Assembly (NCBI RefSeq): GCF_009834535.1
Contig: NC_045697.1
Span: 86,740,001 to 86,804,000 of the forward strand
Reading direction: 5' to 3'
DNA length: 64,000 nucleotides
Source of the DNA: Camelus ferus
Taxonomy: Eukaryota
The translations under genes and the position numbers were made by a program. Under the pieces are notes generated by a model. It did not search any database. It saw only the letters and a program-made list of their open reading frames with translations, and had not been told where the DNA came from. Positions 50,860 through 64,000 of this stretch are shown piece after piece; the stretch's first letter is position 1; each line of letters opens with the position of its first letter.

Positions 50860-51195
50860 CTCTGTTAGGTATCTATTGCTACATAGTAAATCACCCCAAG
50901 ACTTAGTGGCTAAAGAGAACAACAAGCACGCACTATGTCTCACGGGTTCATCCCCATGTAGCCCTCCCTACAGGACCTTCTGGACAGACATGGTGCCTGG
51001 CCTCCCACAGAGCGGGCAAACCCAGAGAGCAGGAAGCTGCACTGCCTTCTATGGCCTAACCTTGGAAGTCACACACCATCACTTCACATCCTGCTGGTCA
51101 CACAGGTCAGTTCCAATGTGAGAGCGACCCACCAAGTCATGAACCAGGAGGTAAGGATCACTGTGGAGAGGGGGTCATCTTAATGACTGCCAACC
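50860..51195. mobile_element. Old MaLR LTR (MLT1H/I-like)
   Basis: tatctattgctacatagtaaatcaccccaagacttagtggct ... aggaagctgcactgccttctatggcctaaccttggaagtcaca. Confidence 0.7.
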
Positions 51196-51397
51196 TCACT
51201 TCCCTTTTTCTTTCTCCCCAAGTCCAAATGGTCCTTGAATACTGACTGTTCTTCCTTTATGACTTTTTCCATTTGCACCATCTCACTATGTAATTTCTAC
51301 CTCCCATCTTGATTATGTCCTGACTAATGTAACGGCCCAAAGGCCTTGACTCTCAAATTTCTCTGTATTCAGCTTTCAGGCACTTCCTGTAGTATTC

Positions 51398-51609
51398 CAG
51401 AGCTGCACTATCCAGTAGAACTCTCTTCACTGATGGAAATATTCTGTATCGGCACTGTTCAGTAGGGTTGCCATTTACCACGTGTGGCTGCTGGGCATTT
51501 GAAGTGAGGCTGGTGTGAGGAATTGTGTTTTTAACTGCATTTACTTTTCATTAACCTGAATTTAAGTAGCCACATGTGGTGAGTGGCTGCCCTTGTGTTC
51601 AGGACAGTT
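51398..51609. mobile_element. MER3 hAT-Charlie element
   Basis: tccagtagaactctc..tgatggaaatattctgtatc..tagccacatgtgg..agtggct. Confidence 0.75.
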
Positions 51610-52839
51610 CTGTAGTCTATGGTTCTATAGCACATGGTAGGCGTCCCACCAGACATTCTTTCCTCTTCTTTATGGCCAACTGTGGTGCTATAAAAACTGC
51701 TCTGTGGACATCTGAAGTTGAATGCTTAGAGATAGAGTGAGGAGAGCATTATAATTTCCCTACTCAAGAAACGCAAACTGACTTACACCCTTCCTGTGCC
51801 CATGGACCAAGCATGCTGGACAGTAAAAAGAGAATGATGTGACTTCTGTCTTGAGGAAGGTATGATGGAAGTCGAGCTGCACAGACACCAGAAAATATCT
51901 TGGGTTAAAATGCTAAGTGAGAGAAAATAATTAACATATAATTGTTATTTATAATTTTATTGTCAGTTGAAAGCATTTTCATGTAATCTCATGGACATCT
52001 TCCTCATCATCTTCCCCAACCCATCCCCATATGAGATTATTAATAATATGATGTATGATATATTATAATTGAGTAATTGAATATTATGATAATTGAATCA
52101 TTATATATTATAATATGAGAGGTATTAATACTCACAAAGCTCTATGGTGTCAATGTATTACCCTCTCTCCTTTCTGTAGATAGGGAAACTGAGGCTCTGG
52201 AGGGCTGGCAGACCTACCTGTGGCCACACTACAAGTGAGTGGCGGAGAAGGGCTTTAACCCCAGGACTGTCATGATCCAAAGCTTATTTTGTCAACCATT
52301 CTGCTCTACTGCCTCATTTTTTATAACATGTCCTTCACATGCCTTGCTTGGTTTTGAATGTCTATATGTGTGATTTCTTTTTCCCAATATTATTTTAATT
52401 ATACAATTACATAAATAAATACAGTTTGAATTTGGCAGTAGTTGTAGCCTTGTTTACCCATTGGTGAGAGTAATCACAGAACATAATTCTCTGCCCAGCC
52501 TGTCTCCCCTAGAGAGGGAACGGCAGTCCAGTGTCAGTTGTACACTTAACATTTGTTTACAGGGTCAGCTCTTTGTAATTGCTCATGTGTGCACAATGGA
52601 CTGTCAGAATCTGAAGGGAACAGATGGATTATCAAACGATTCTAGGCCAATTTCTTTTTCAGAGGAGAGAATAAGGTGAATGAGTTTAAATAACTTGCAG
52701 TGATAATTCTCAAGAAGGTACAATTATCCCTCACCAGAGAAAAGGCAGCATTCAGAAATTCCTCTATGCACATACAGTTTATATTTTATTTTATGTTATT
52801 CCTAAATCCATTTGTTCATGAACTCAGTCTGTAGGCAGC

Positions 52840-52905
52840 CGCTACTGCCATCTGTTGGTGATTAGCAGAGTTGATGCACAAAATGATTCATTTCTAAGAA
52901 AGTTC
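52840..52905. promoter_or_regulatory. Candidate CTCF site next to AP-1/IRF composite and GAS motifs, ~27 kb upstream of IL21
   Basis: Minus strand CACCAACAGATGGCAGT (52844-52860) fits the CTCF core. TGATTCATTTC 52884-52894 (= GAAATGAATCA, AICE2-like) overlaps TTCTAAGAA 52892-52900. Confidence 0.5.
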
Positions 52906-53104
52906 CTAAGTTGAAACTTCATCATAGGAACCTCTGTATTCAAAAAAAGCAAGGCATGTGGAAGCAGATAGACCTGGGCTCAAATCTCAGCTGTGTTTCA
53001 TGTGAGAAGTGTAAACCACTTTCATTCTTGGTTTTCCATTTGTGAAATGCGGATCATATCTAGTTCATAGGGATGCTCTAAGAATTAGGTAACAAATGTG
53101 TATG

Positions 53105-53470
53105 AGTTTGGGTAAATGCTAGCCAAAATCCAAGAGGCTTAACACAGTCACTTGTCAATGTCATAGTTCTTGCTCACATCACAGTTCAAAGTGGGCACTC
53201 CAGACCACCAGACAGCTCTCCTCCAAGTGGTAATCCAGGACCAAACTCCTTCCATCTTACGACTCCACCATCTTCAACTCTGGCCTCCAAGGTCTCCAGT
53301 ACCCACCAGCAGAGCAAGAGGAGAGGGCACAGAGGTAAGCAGGGAGGTTTCTATGGGCCAAGCCTAGAGCTGCATGCATTACTTCTACACCCATCGCATT
53401 GGTCAGAACACAATCTCATGGCTGCATCTCACTGCTGGAAAGACTGGGAAACATGGTCCAGCAGTGTCTG
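53105..53470. mobile_element. Old MaLR LTR (MLT1-like)
   Basis: ctctcctccaagtggtaatccaggacc, tctatgggccaagcctagag, cattggtcagaac, gactgggaaacatggtc. Confidence 0.6.
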
Positions 53471-55689
53471 CCATGGCCATAATTTTTAGTTAATAGAAAT
53501 GTAAGCATCACTAATGCAGTTATAAATCTTTCTTTGTGTATTATGTAATACTATATTTTTCTCAGTGTTTAATATGACACAGATCTGGAACTAAAAGTCA
53601 TGATGTGATGAATGAGCAGTGGGCTTGGAGAGTTGCTTCTAATGCTGTGTGTCTTGGACAGATCCCCCAGGCAATCTTAACCCCAGTCCTTGTCTGGGGA
53701 AGAATGGGGGTAAAGCCAGCTAGTGTCTATGTAGCCTGCTCTCACTCCCATCTCTCCAGTTCTTAAGGTTTATAGCTTTGTGCACAGAGATAATGCAAAA
53801 TAAAACAAAGCATGCAGTGACTCTCAGAGCAGACAAGTGATAGGGCACAAGTGTTGGATGGATTTACATGGGAAGGTTTCTAAAAGAGAAGTCCCTTAAA
53901 GCCTATTCTTGGAGGAGGTGATGGTCCTGAAAGGAGGCAATGAGGTATGGGATGCTGTCTATGGAAGGAAGCCATGAAGAGGACCATAAACAGAATCTGG
54001 GGGAGGGAGCATGGTCAGGATGAGAGGCTGGCTGAAAAGGGGGACCGTGTTGGAGTGAGGCTGGGGGGTGCCCTGAAATTGTAGTTTGATAGGAGGGGAA
54101 AGAAAACCTTAGTAATAGGCTGTCAGATTTAGGTGGTCATATTTAATCCAAAGGATCCCAGCAGAAAGCCAGTTATGGCTTTTGTATGGCTAGATGACAT
54201 GAAAATCTGCTAGTCATTACGAAAAGCAGTCTCATTAGATCATCGCTTGGCTGTGACATAGTGCGTGATGTGACTGTACCCTTTCAGTTAAACTGCTCAA
54301 CTTCCAATGTCTAAGTGCTCTGTAAATAATCTTACAAATATGTCAGTTATCTGAATTTCATACCTATTTCAAGGAAAAAGGGTTTTATGTGGTAATGGAG
54401 AAAAGATGAGGATGTGGGAAGAATCAAATAGTTTACATTGAAAGGAAGCCCTCATTTCTCTGCTTTATTTTATTTTATTTTACTTTTAATCGAGGATAAA
54501 TATGTAGGTGAGACATGAGTCAGAGCAAACTCAGAAAGTACCTAGAAGCCTTCAGCATCTGAGGCATGCTAGCTAGTTTCATGTGGGTGAAGTTTGGTTT
54601 TCAGGAAGACAAATTGAAAACAGAACTTATTTATTTAGATTTTGCCCTTCTCTGGGGGACAGACCTACACAGATGTTTGATGAACCAAGAGGGGGAAGAA
54701 TTTCTTCCTGGGAACTGTGGCAGGGCTTTGTTTGGAGAGAACATGGCCCCAGAGCAGCCCCTGAGCACATTGCAACTTTACTCTGGACCAAGTCTGGGGA
54801 GGAGTCCAAGTTCGAGCTCAGTCCAGTCCCCCAACCAGGTTTCCAATAAAGGCCTCTGTCACACTCTCGGGACACACGAGACGACTGAAGCATCCCATGG
54901 GAAAGCTGTTGGTGATGCCCTGGACTCTCCTTCAGCTCAAACAAGCTCTTGGGAAGCAGTTTTTTGTTTTTAAGAAAAAGGTTCCATTTTAGACGGGTAA
55001 CTATTTGTTATTTACATATTAATTTTCTTACACAAATAAAATATTCTACTATTAAAGAACCACGTGACCTTGGCAAGTCACAAGGCTTCTCTGGGCTTCG
55101 GGTTTTGGTTGTCTTCTCTGTAAAACACAGAAGCGAGATTATATAATCTCCGAAGCCGCTTCCTGATTTGAAATGATAAATTCTAATTCAAGCAACTTCC
55201 TCTTTCTGGTGAAGTGGCATGAAGCCTAAGGTTACTTTACCACATTGTTCCAAATCTCTATCATTCTTCAAGTGTATAGGAAAAAGACTAGCAGCCCGTT
55301 GAACGCATTCTGTGGGAAGGAACCTCCGTTCAGAGCAGCAGCACGATGGTGGGAGACTGAGCTCAGAGCTACTTGCCTCCCACCCCCACAACAGGGGGGT
55401 GTTCACACCTTTACACTTCTTAGAAACACCAGTGTTTTTATTGTGACTGTGCAGTAGATTCTCTGGCTGAGTGCACTTTCCAGTTTAGCAATAGTTTATT
55501 TGCTGTCTACTGTTATTCTTTATCCACTTCCACTTGTAAAAGGGATTCTACTTCTTTCTCAGAAAGTAATTTCTTCAGTAAGATCATGTTCTGTATACAG
55601 TGTCCAGACAGAGTATGTGATGAGAATGTGACAGACAACGATGAGCTGGAAAGCTATCATGGGATTTTAGAGCTGGGCTCATTGGGTAA

Positions 55690-55880
55690 GCCATGAGCCA
55701 CATACGGTTTTTTAAATAGGAATTAACTAGAATTAAATTAAACTAAAATTTCTGTTTCTTTGTCATACAGCCACATTTCAAATGCTCATAGGCACATGTG
55801 GCAGGTGACCACCATTTTGGACAGCCCAGATATGGCCCATTCCCATCACTGCAGGAAGTTCGCCTGGACACTGCTGCCTT
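55690..55880. mobile_element. MER33-like hAT element
   Basis: agccacatttcaaatgctcataggcacatgtggcaggtgaccaccattttggacagc. Confidence 0.7.
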
Positions 55881-58384
55881 CGGGGTCAACGAGTCACAGC
55901 AGCATATTCTTAAGAGATGTTAGGGAACTTGGAAACCACCTAATACGTCCTTCTGTCCAGGATGGTGCAAATTTCTCCAGTACCAAAGAATTTATCACCT
56001 TACAAAGTAGTCCATTCCGTGGGGGGTAAAAAACTATATTAGAAAATTCTTCGTCCAATTGGGTCAAAATCCGCATCCCTGTAACTTCTGCTCTCTCCCT
56101 GTACACAGGATAAGCGTAACAGTTCCTCCACTGGGCAGTTCATCAGAGCCGCAATGCCACTGCTGTGTCTAGGTCAACGCCTCTTTTCCAGTTAACCCCT
56201 GAGACTCCCTGACAGAGCTGAGACTGACTCCAGGTTTCCAGGTGATGTGTTCCAGCCAAACTCACTGCTTCCAAGTCCAGTGACTGTACCATTAGAGAAG
56301 GTGTGTGTCTGAGTTTATAGTGTTGAAGTTCCTGGGCTTTAATCTTTCTTTCCATTTTGTTGTTGTTGTTGTTGTTCTCCTCCTGTTGTTTTATTCTCTC
56401 TTTCCATTGCCTGCTTCCTAAGAGACGGTTTCTTCCCTAGTAGAACAAAGATTACTTGAACTCTGCATGAGTATTTCGGAACATAAAACAATTGCTCTCC
56501 TGCCCCCAAATGACCCCAGCTGCCAAGCACAGAAATCACACAACATGGCTTGCTTTAGTTTCCTAGTTTGAAAGCGGTATGAGAATAGAAGAGGAAGCTA
56601 GAAGCACTCAAGATAAATGATCTACTTCCAAATGGTGTCTAGAAGAGAGGATGCTCAGTAAGAAAGGGCACCTGCCTCTCCACGGGGCTCTGTGGAGACT
56701 TTGCAGATGAGATACTGTGTTAAGTGACAGTTACAGCTACAGTTCTGTTTGACAAATGCTCATCGAGGTGGGGGGTCTGCCCTGGGGCAACAAAGATGAC
56801 TGACACCTGGTCTTTACCCTCCAGTCACAGGAGGGAGGCCAGGTGGAGTCAACGAACAGTCCAGGACCACTCTAGACACCACCTGAACACTTGGATGAAT
56901 GTGCTTCCAAGCAACCAGAGATCAGTCTTGGAGTTCAGGTGGTCACAAGCAGTTACCATCACAGCAAAGCAACTTCCGAGAGTCACTAAGTAAGGGGATC
57001 TGCAGAGCAAACTTCCTAGAGAAGAAGATTCTGGCCGTACCAGCCTGGGCCCAGCGGGACATCTGGTCTTACACAAACGGCTATCTTCCCTTCCAACAAA
57101 AAACTGCTGCTTGATGCACTTCATTAAATTTGGCATACTGTCAGAAATTGTAACAATGTCACCAACCTAATGTCCCTTAACATTCAGTGCTAGGTCCATG
57201 GCTGACTCTATGTCTATTTGCATGTATTCGTATGTGTGTGTGCGCATATATGTGTATTTTTATATATAAATACACACAAATCACACATGTAGGTTGGATT
57301 TTATATATAATTATTTTATGTATATATGCACATACAAATGTAGGCATGATTTTATGTTACATATTTTATATTCTAATGGTCATAATTTGTGCATACATGT
57401 ATATTTTTATATAATGCATATTTCTAGTTGTGACACTTAAAAATATATAATATTTTTATATAACACACAGTATGTATATGTATGCACACATACACATTGA
57501 AGACATTTTTGGAAGGATTCACAAGAAATTTTTCATGGTGGTTGCCTTGGGGGAGTAGGAATGGGGATCTTGGGAAGCAGAGAAGGATACATTTGTATTT
57601 CACTTTATAACCTTTACATATATATATATATAAATTTTTACTGTCTATTTATTACTGTTAGAACAACAGAAACATTTCTATAAATACCAGGTTATACTAA
57701 GGACACCACTATCTATCTTTACCCTGTTTTCCAACATAAGTTCCAAAGTGCAAACAGAGTTAAAAGTCCTTGTTCCAGGCTGGGCTCACACCCAGATGAC
57801 TGAAGTTGCTATGGCTTTTTCCATATCTACTAACCTGAGATAACTGGGCCCAAGTTAAGATCAAATGAGATGATATATGTGACTATGTGACAATGCTTTG
57901 CAAACTGTGAGCTCCCATGTGCACGTCCATAATACTGGCCTGTCAAAGAGGACTCAGAACTACCCAACTTGACTGGAATCATCTAGGTCCTAGTCCTCGT
58001 CACTAGCCTATTTTTGAAGAGGGATGTGCAAGTGTGTTTGATGGAAAGGGCTGTGATGCAGTGGGAGCAGGAAGAAAAGAAAGCAGAGGCACAGTAGCAC
58101 AGGTTAAGGAAGCAGAGGCTGGGAGAGAAGGTCTCCAGGAGCCCTAATGTTATCTGGCCTCCTTGCTGAAGGGTGCCCCACTCTGGCATGAAACCTGAGC
58201 TGCCATAACTCGCCCCTATTCCCAGTTGACGTATGAAGATCTTTGCTGGGACAACGAGTATCATTCTAGATTGTTTCATGAGAATGTGGTGACTTCACTT
58301 CTCCTTGTCCGAAGGCTGAGCCAACTCCTACTGTCCTCTGCCAGAGTCCTTTATTGACTCTCTTGAGTCCTCTTATGTAATTAT

Positions 58385-58830
58385 TAATTCAGCCACCGTT
58401 TATTGAGTCTCTCCTCTCTGCCAGGCACTGTGCTCAGTGCGTGGATATGGAATGGATATGATACTATCCCAGCCATCAAGACAGTCTCTGTTAATAGTGG
58501 GTAAGGACATGGAAATAACAATTGCAATGCAGTATGTTAACTGTTACAGCAGAGAGACGTGTACAGTGCTATGACAGTGACTGACTATGTAAAGGGACAG
58601 AGGAGACACTGAAGGGTAGGTAGGAGTTTGCCAGACAGGAGGTTTTGAACAGAGAGGCTTGAAAATGCATGAGAGATTCAGAGGTAAGTGAGTAATTGGG
58701 CTTGGCTAAAATACAGAGTAAGGGTAAAATGACAGAAGAAAATTTGAAAAGGCTGGGCAAGGTCACACTGTAAATGGCATTTTGCTAAGAAGTTTGCACT
58801 TGGTCCCATCATCAAGAAAGGGCTAGGGAA
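58385..58830 (-). mobile_element. L2 fragment
   Basis: tttattgagtctctcctctctgccaggcactgtgct. Confidence 0.6.
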
Positions 58831-60679
58831 GATGGAGGTCTGTTCATTTGATTTTACATCTTTTGTAAAGAAAATTTATATAACTACAGTTATTTACCTT
58901 TAACAAATTAATAACTTATTCATAAAAGAACCCTTCTTAACCTACTTATTTCATTGCAAAATACAATTTGTCATTTATATTCAATTTCTCTCAAATAATT
59001 GATTGGCCACTCAATATTGGTAAGCATAAAGCACAGAAGATATTCTAAACCTGTTTGGGAATTAAAATTACCAGTTTGATGAGCTGTTTGATGACAGCCA
59101 TGATTTTTCTCCCATAAAAATGTAGCTACAAAATAGTACATATTATTTAAGGGACTTCATGGAATTCTTTTAAAAATACCTGAGTTGAAGCGTTTATAGA
59201 TAATCAAATGAGTTTTGTTTTGACAGTTTTATTTTCAACAAGGGAATTATGTACAGTCTTAGGTACTTACCTAAAGCCTTAAGTTCAAAAGAATGAATTC
59301 AAAATCTTATTTCACTGATAAAGTCTGAGGTCATCTCCCAAATATAGTGTGGGATGTCAAGTTATTTTGAAGCCTTTTTGATTATAAGGACTCTAACTCA
59401 TATTTTGTTAATATGGAGAGGGTCATTAAGCTATTTTAGGGTGCTCAAACAAGAAATGAAAGAGGAAACAATCCTATAAAATCGGGTGAAAAACAACAAT
59501 GCCATCAGATGTCAAATTTTCAAAAGTATTCTCTTAACTGCAGCCATGTAAATGCTAGAGTCCATGACCATAAATAAAGATCTCTCCAAAGTTAGCAAAG
59601 CTTGCTAACTTTCAGAACAAAATGTGACTCTTTTATTGATTTATTAACTCGAGAGACCCTTGAAATTCTATTGCCTTTTGCACATGGAGCAAAGAGAACA
59701 GATTTTGAGAATGTATTACTGAGCTTTCCTGTTTAGGACCTGCAGAGAAGGGGAGGCAGAGGGGCGGTGGGGGTGTACTGGAACTTTTTGTGGCAGGAGC
59801 ACAAAGAAAATGATGCACTGTTTGCCTTCTGAAAAACAAAATAGGATTTTTTTTTTTTTTTGGTGGAGACAGTAAAACCTGATTTCATTGAAAAATAAAA
59901 CAATTTTTCTAAACTCCTATTTGTCCTATTAACATAGGAAGAACCTGACCTGGTGACTTGATCTTGAGCTTTGGTGTCAGGGAGGAGGATTAGAAGGCTG
60001 GTGGAGGAGTGTGGAAAGAAGCCAGGAATGGAGATGGGGGGAGAAGAGAGGCCACTGGTAAGGGACTGAGTCCTGGCTTCCTCTCCTTGGACAAAGCCCC
60101 AGTCCACTAGCTGAGCAGCTCTACCCCTATTGTGAAGGTGGAGGGACCGGCCTGCAGTGCATGTCGGGCTACCACGTGCTTACTCAGAGTCTGAGCTGAC
60201 CCTCTTGGGCTGCACTTGGCGCTCAGACAAGGCAGACAGTTCAGGTGCTCCTGCTGGCAGGAGGAGGGCTGCAGAAGGAAGTGGATGCTGTTGGCTGTCC
60301 AACTTGGCAGAAATCCCCAGGCAAGAGCGAGGTGGCTCTGAAGCCAGGATGCAGTCAACCTTCAGGGTACAAGTCACCAGAGAGGAACCTTGGTCTCCGG
60401 CCAAGCTGCGAGAACAAAGACTAGTCACACCAGCCTCTGATGTCAGGAGCAGCCACCAGCAGCGTGCCCGGGACAGAAGCCAGGCAGCCAGAGCTCAGGG
60501 GACACCAGCCAGCACGTGGCCAGGGATGCCACAGAGAGCAATGCAAAACCCTTCACACACCCAGCTGCTACCCAAAAGGGAGAGGAGAATTCTGAAAGTC
60601 TGAGCATTTACTGAAGGACTGAATCACCCAGAAGAAACCAGCTCTGATTCATAGTATTATATCATATTTGAATAGATTG

Positions 60680-60742
60680 AAATTTAGACTGAAATAGTAC
60701 TGTTTAAATCGTCCATTAACAGTACTATTTCAGTCTAAATTT
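60680..60742. repeat. Perfect inverted repeat, 25-bp arms with a 13-nt spacer
   Basis: AAATTTAGACTGAAATAGTACTGTT (60680-60704) and AACAGTACTATTTCAGTCTAAATTT (60718-60742) are exact reverse complements. Confidence 0.97.
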
Positions 60743-63700
60743 GTTGATGTGTCTAAATGTCTCCTCTATCCAGCAGGAAGGGAACTCATAAAGAGGATGA
60801 AATCAGCCATAGAGAAATGAAGAGGCTACCTTTTCTTTGCTCATGTAAGTCTGCCACAAGTGAATTTGGAATACTGCTACATCTTTCTTTCTGCTACACA
60901 ACCCTACCACAAATGTCAGATTGTTTCATTATTTATTGCCTTCTCTGAAAAATGAGGAGAAAAAAATTCCAAATTTAATTAGCAGGGTTTATCCTTTTAA
61001 ATACACTTGGCAAATATCATTATATATGTTCAAGAAATTTTTTACTTTTCTGTTACGTAGACCATGTATTTTATGTGTGTGTGTGATACATACATGTATA
61101 TATCTTAATATTCTCTATTTCCTTTTTTGTTGTTGTTACATTTCCTGTGTGCTGAGCTGGGGTATTTATTCTTCTGAATGATGCAATGGGTTAACAAGAT
61201 AGTATATCAGGAAGGAAATCTTCAAAGGTACGAGGATCTTAAGACTACAATTTGTTTCAGTTTGATTAAACAGCTGGAATTCCACGCAAGTGGAAAGTTA
61301 TGAAGGCGGACCCCTAAAGCACACACATCAGTGAACAAAAGTGGTAGGAAGTCACTGAAATGAAAGGCGACAGAATGGTTTCTAGCATCTCACCTTTTAC
61401 CAGCAGTACTCTGCTGCTTTGAGCCTTCGTGCTCAAAAATCCAGGTTTTGTAACCATAAGAAAAAGTGATGTTTTTACTTGTGAAATACTAAAACTCCTA
61501 ACCACCACAGAATGGAGTGGGTGATTGCCTGGAACATTTCTTTCTCTCAAGAAGTAATTATTTTATAAACATATAAAGGAAGCACTGGTAACTATAGTTA
61601 ATGTGGGAGTTTTTATTTCTGAATAAAAACTACTGAAATTTATGATAAAGATTATTCTTCATTTTGTACATAGATGTTAGGGGGATGTCAACCAAAATTT
61701 TAAATGTAATATTTTGGAAAATTTGATATGACCTAATTTTAGCTAACTGGAAATATTTCTAATTAAAGATGAATATATTTCAAGTGACAGAATGCTTAAA
61801 GGACACATTCTTTCCAATGTAAGGTTGAAACAAGAATTAATGAAAAACAATAAGATAAAGATCCAAATTTAACTTTCTTCATTTTTGAAAATGATAAAAA
61901 TCTTGCCAATTGAACTAGAATCTACTTTTTTCTGCTTAGTTCTGTTTTTACAGCACACAGACTTGGAGAAATTATCAGCACCACAGCATGTATTTAAATA
62001 TATTAAGGTTAGATACATTATTTTAAATGAAGGGAAAAAATCTAATTTAAAGCAGAGGAAATATGCTTAATGTTAGTGAGTGTACGAGATGTGATGTCTG
62101 TAAGGGAAACAGCGAAGGGAGAGCACTTGTTTTAGAAGGGAATCTACCAGTGGCTAAACCAAGCAATTCTGATTTGGGGCATTTAACACTTGTATCATTA
62201 GTGTATACTTGATTTCCTTTTGTTTCTTCTTTAGTTTAGTGGTACAAGTGGTTTGTGGCCAAAGAAAGTGCAGGGTGCTTAATGATGTGCCATCACTGTG
62301 TTCCCCAGCACTCAGAAACAACAAGCTACTCTCAGACAGTAAACAACACCCACGAGGAAACCACTTCAGAAATTCAGGTCACTGCTCCTAAGAGGACAGT
62401 TTTACTGCAAAGCACCACGTAGAATAAAAATTGCTTCTAGACAGGAATGCTTAGGAAATAACACTGTCAAGGAGGAGAGGGCACAGAAAGGAGCCTCTGC
62501 AATCATTGTGAGATGGTGTGGAGGGAAATTCGGGGATTTGGAGGACGACTGCCCTGGAATTCAATCCCAGTTTCAGTACCAGCTGGGAAGTTGCTTAAGC
62601 TCTCTGCACCTGCGTCTTCTCGTATGTCAAATGGGAGTAAGGATACAAAGATTGTTATGAGTATCAAGTCAGTCAAAGCAGGTAAAGTGCTAAGCTCGGT
62701 GATTGGATTTGAAGAGGATTTTAGTTCCCCTTCCTGGTGTTTTTACTTAAAACAAATTAATGAATAAACATATGTGGATTAAATGCTCTAACATAATCAT
62801 CTGCTCATTTTCATGAGCACCGTGCCGTCCCCGGGCTCTCTGGCTGGGTGAACACAGACTGATTTGGGAGTGATTAGTTCCCCGCTCCCTGCCATGTTCT
62901 GCTCACCCAGAGAAAACCAAGTGTTTTTAATCCTTTCTAGAATGAGTCAGGAGTAATCCACAGAGGGCCCTCCTTTGCCACGGGCTTAAATTTCCTTTAC
63001 CTCCTTCTCCCATTTAGTGATGATAACAGTGGTGACAGTAAACATAATGATAGCTATCATCTAGTGAAGACCTGCTATGTACCAAGCTGTGTGCTAAGTC
63101 CTTTAAGTACATTATCCTTCCAACAATTCAGAGAAGTGTGTATTTTACCCACACGTGGGTTTCTTGATTTCAAGGACTATCCTTTACAAGGGAACATTCC
63201 TGAAATGTCTGGGACTCCCCTAAAAGCAAACTTTCTGGATGTTTGGTTCTGAAGGCCAGAAGCCCCCTCACCTGAAGCCATCACTGTTGCCACCTGCCAT
63301 CATAGAGAATATGGACCTTCCCCACCCAGGCCACATGGCCTTGTCCAGTGGTGACTTCTCATTCTGTTCAGCCACACTGTAAGGCCACACTTCCCACACC
63401 TCTCCCCAGGCCTGGGATTCAGGGAAACCATGCTGGTCCAATTAGAGCCTTCCTTGTTAGCCAAGAGGGGTCATTTCATTCTTCAACTTAGTTACTTGGT
63501 CTTAGCCCAGGGTTCCCGGGAAAGACCCTTGCATGTCCTCTTGAGTCTCTCACCAATTCCTACCACGCATTTTTACCACGTATAACTTTATCAATTCCAC
63601 ATTTTCCTAAACTGCACTGCATAAATGATCTCTCTCTGCACCAAGCACTCTCACATAAAATAATCTCTCATATAATGCTCATAGTAACATTCAGATATTA

Positions 63701-64000
63701 TAGATAAGGTAATGACAGATTCAGAGATAAAAAATAGCTTTGCTTAAGATGATCCAGGCACTCCTGGATCTAGGGATGGTGACTTCGAGTTTAGGACTAT
63801 GCTAGTCTGCTTCCTGATCTTGTCAACAGTTAATATATTTTCAGGAATGTCAGAAATAAGACAGTATCCATCCATATCTCATTTAAATACTTATTCAATT
63901 CTGTGAAAAATGATGATCTTATAATGATATTTAGTATCATTCACATATAGTAACTTTTAGCAAATTTATCAAGTGTTGACTGCTAAGGAACATTAAGTAC

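Noticed and set aside
54566..54973. 135-aa ORF
   Set aside because: No homology recognised; overlapping ORFs on both strands suggest chance.
60157..60603. 148-aa ORF in a GC-richer patch with overlapping antisense ORFs
   Set aside because: No recognisable protein; open frames are expected in GC-richer sequence, possibly an old LTR.
1..64000. CRISPR arrays, rRNA, operons or other prokaryote-type systems
   Set aside because: The window is mammalian intron/intergenic DNA; I saw no regularly spaced repeats or dense coding regions.

Overview
Mammalian genomic DNA, most likely a camelid, because it carries two tRNA-Ala-derived SINEs resembling the camelid vic-1 family. The only protein-coding gene I can support is interleukin-21 (IL21) on the minus strand. 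It has five GT-AG coding exons (25477-25310, 25201-25166, 20493-20338, 18506-18429, 18336-18313; 462 nt, 153 aa from the first ATG), a proximal promoter near 25520-25750 and probably a ~2.6-kb AU-rich 3'UTR. The rest is repeat-rich non-coding DNA (L1, L2, MIR, MaLR/ERVL/ERV1 LTRs, hAT and Tigger DNA transposons) with several candidate T-cell enhancer motif clusters. Most unusual observations: (1) a HAUS2-derived retrocopy in IL21 intron 2 whose poly(A) tail starts inside the HAUS2 coding sequence, 17 nt after a CATAAA signal, suggesting a retrotransposed 'non-stop' mRNA; (2) a 7-codon intron-4 read-through matching the architecture of human IL-21iso; (3) a perfect 25-bp-arm inverted repeat at 60680-60742; (4) an L2>L1>L1 nest with both target-site duplications (TSDs) readable. 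All family, orthology and motif calls were made by eye from memory, with no database search. I found no convincing new multi-gene system.
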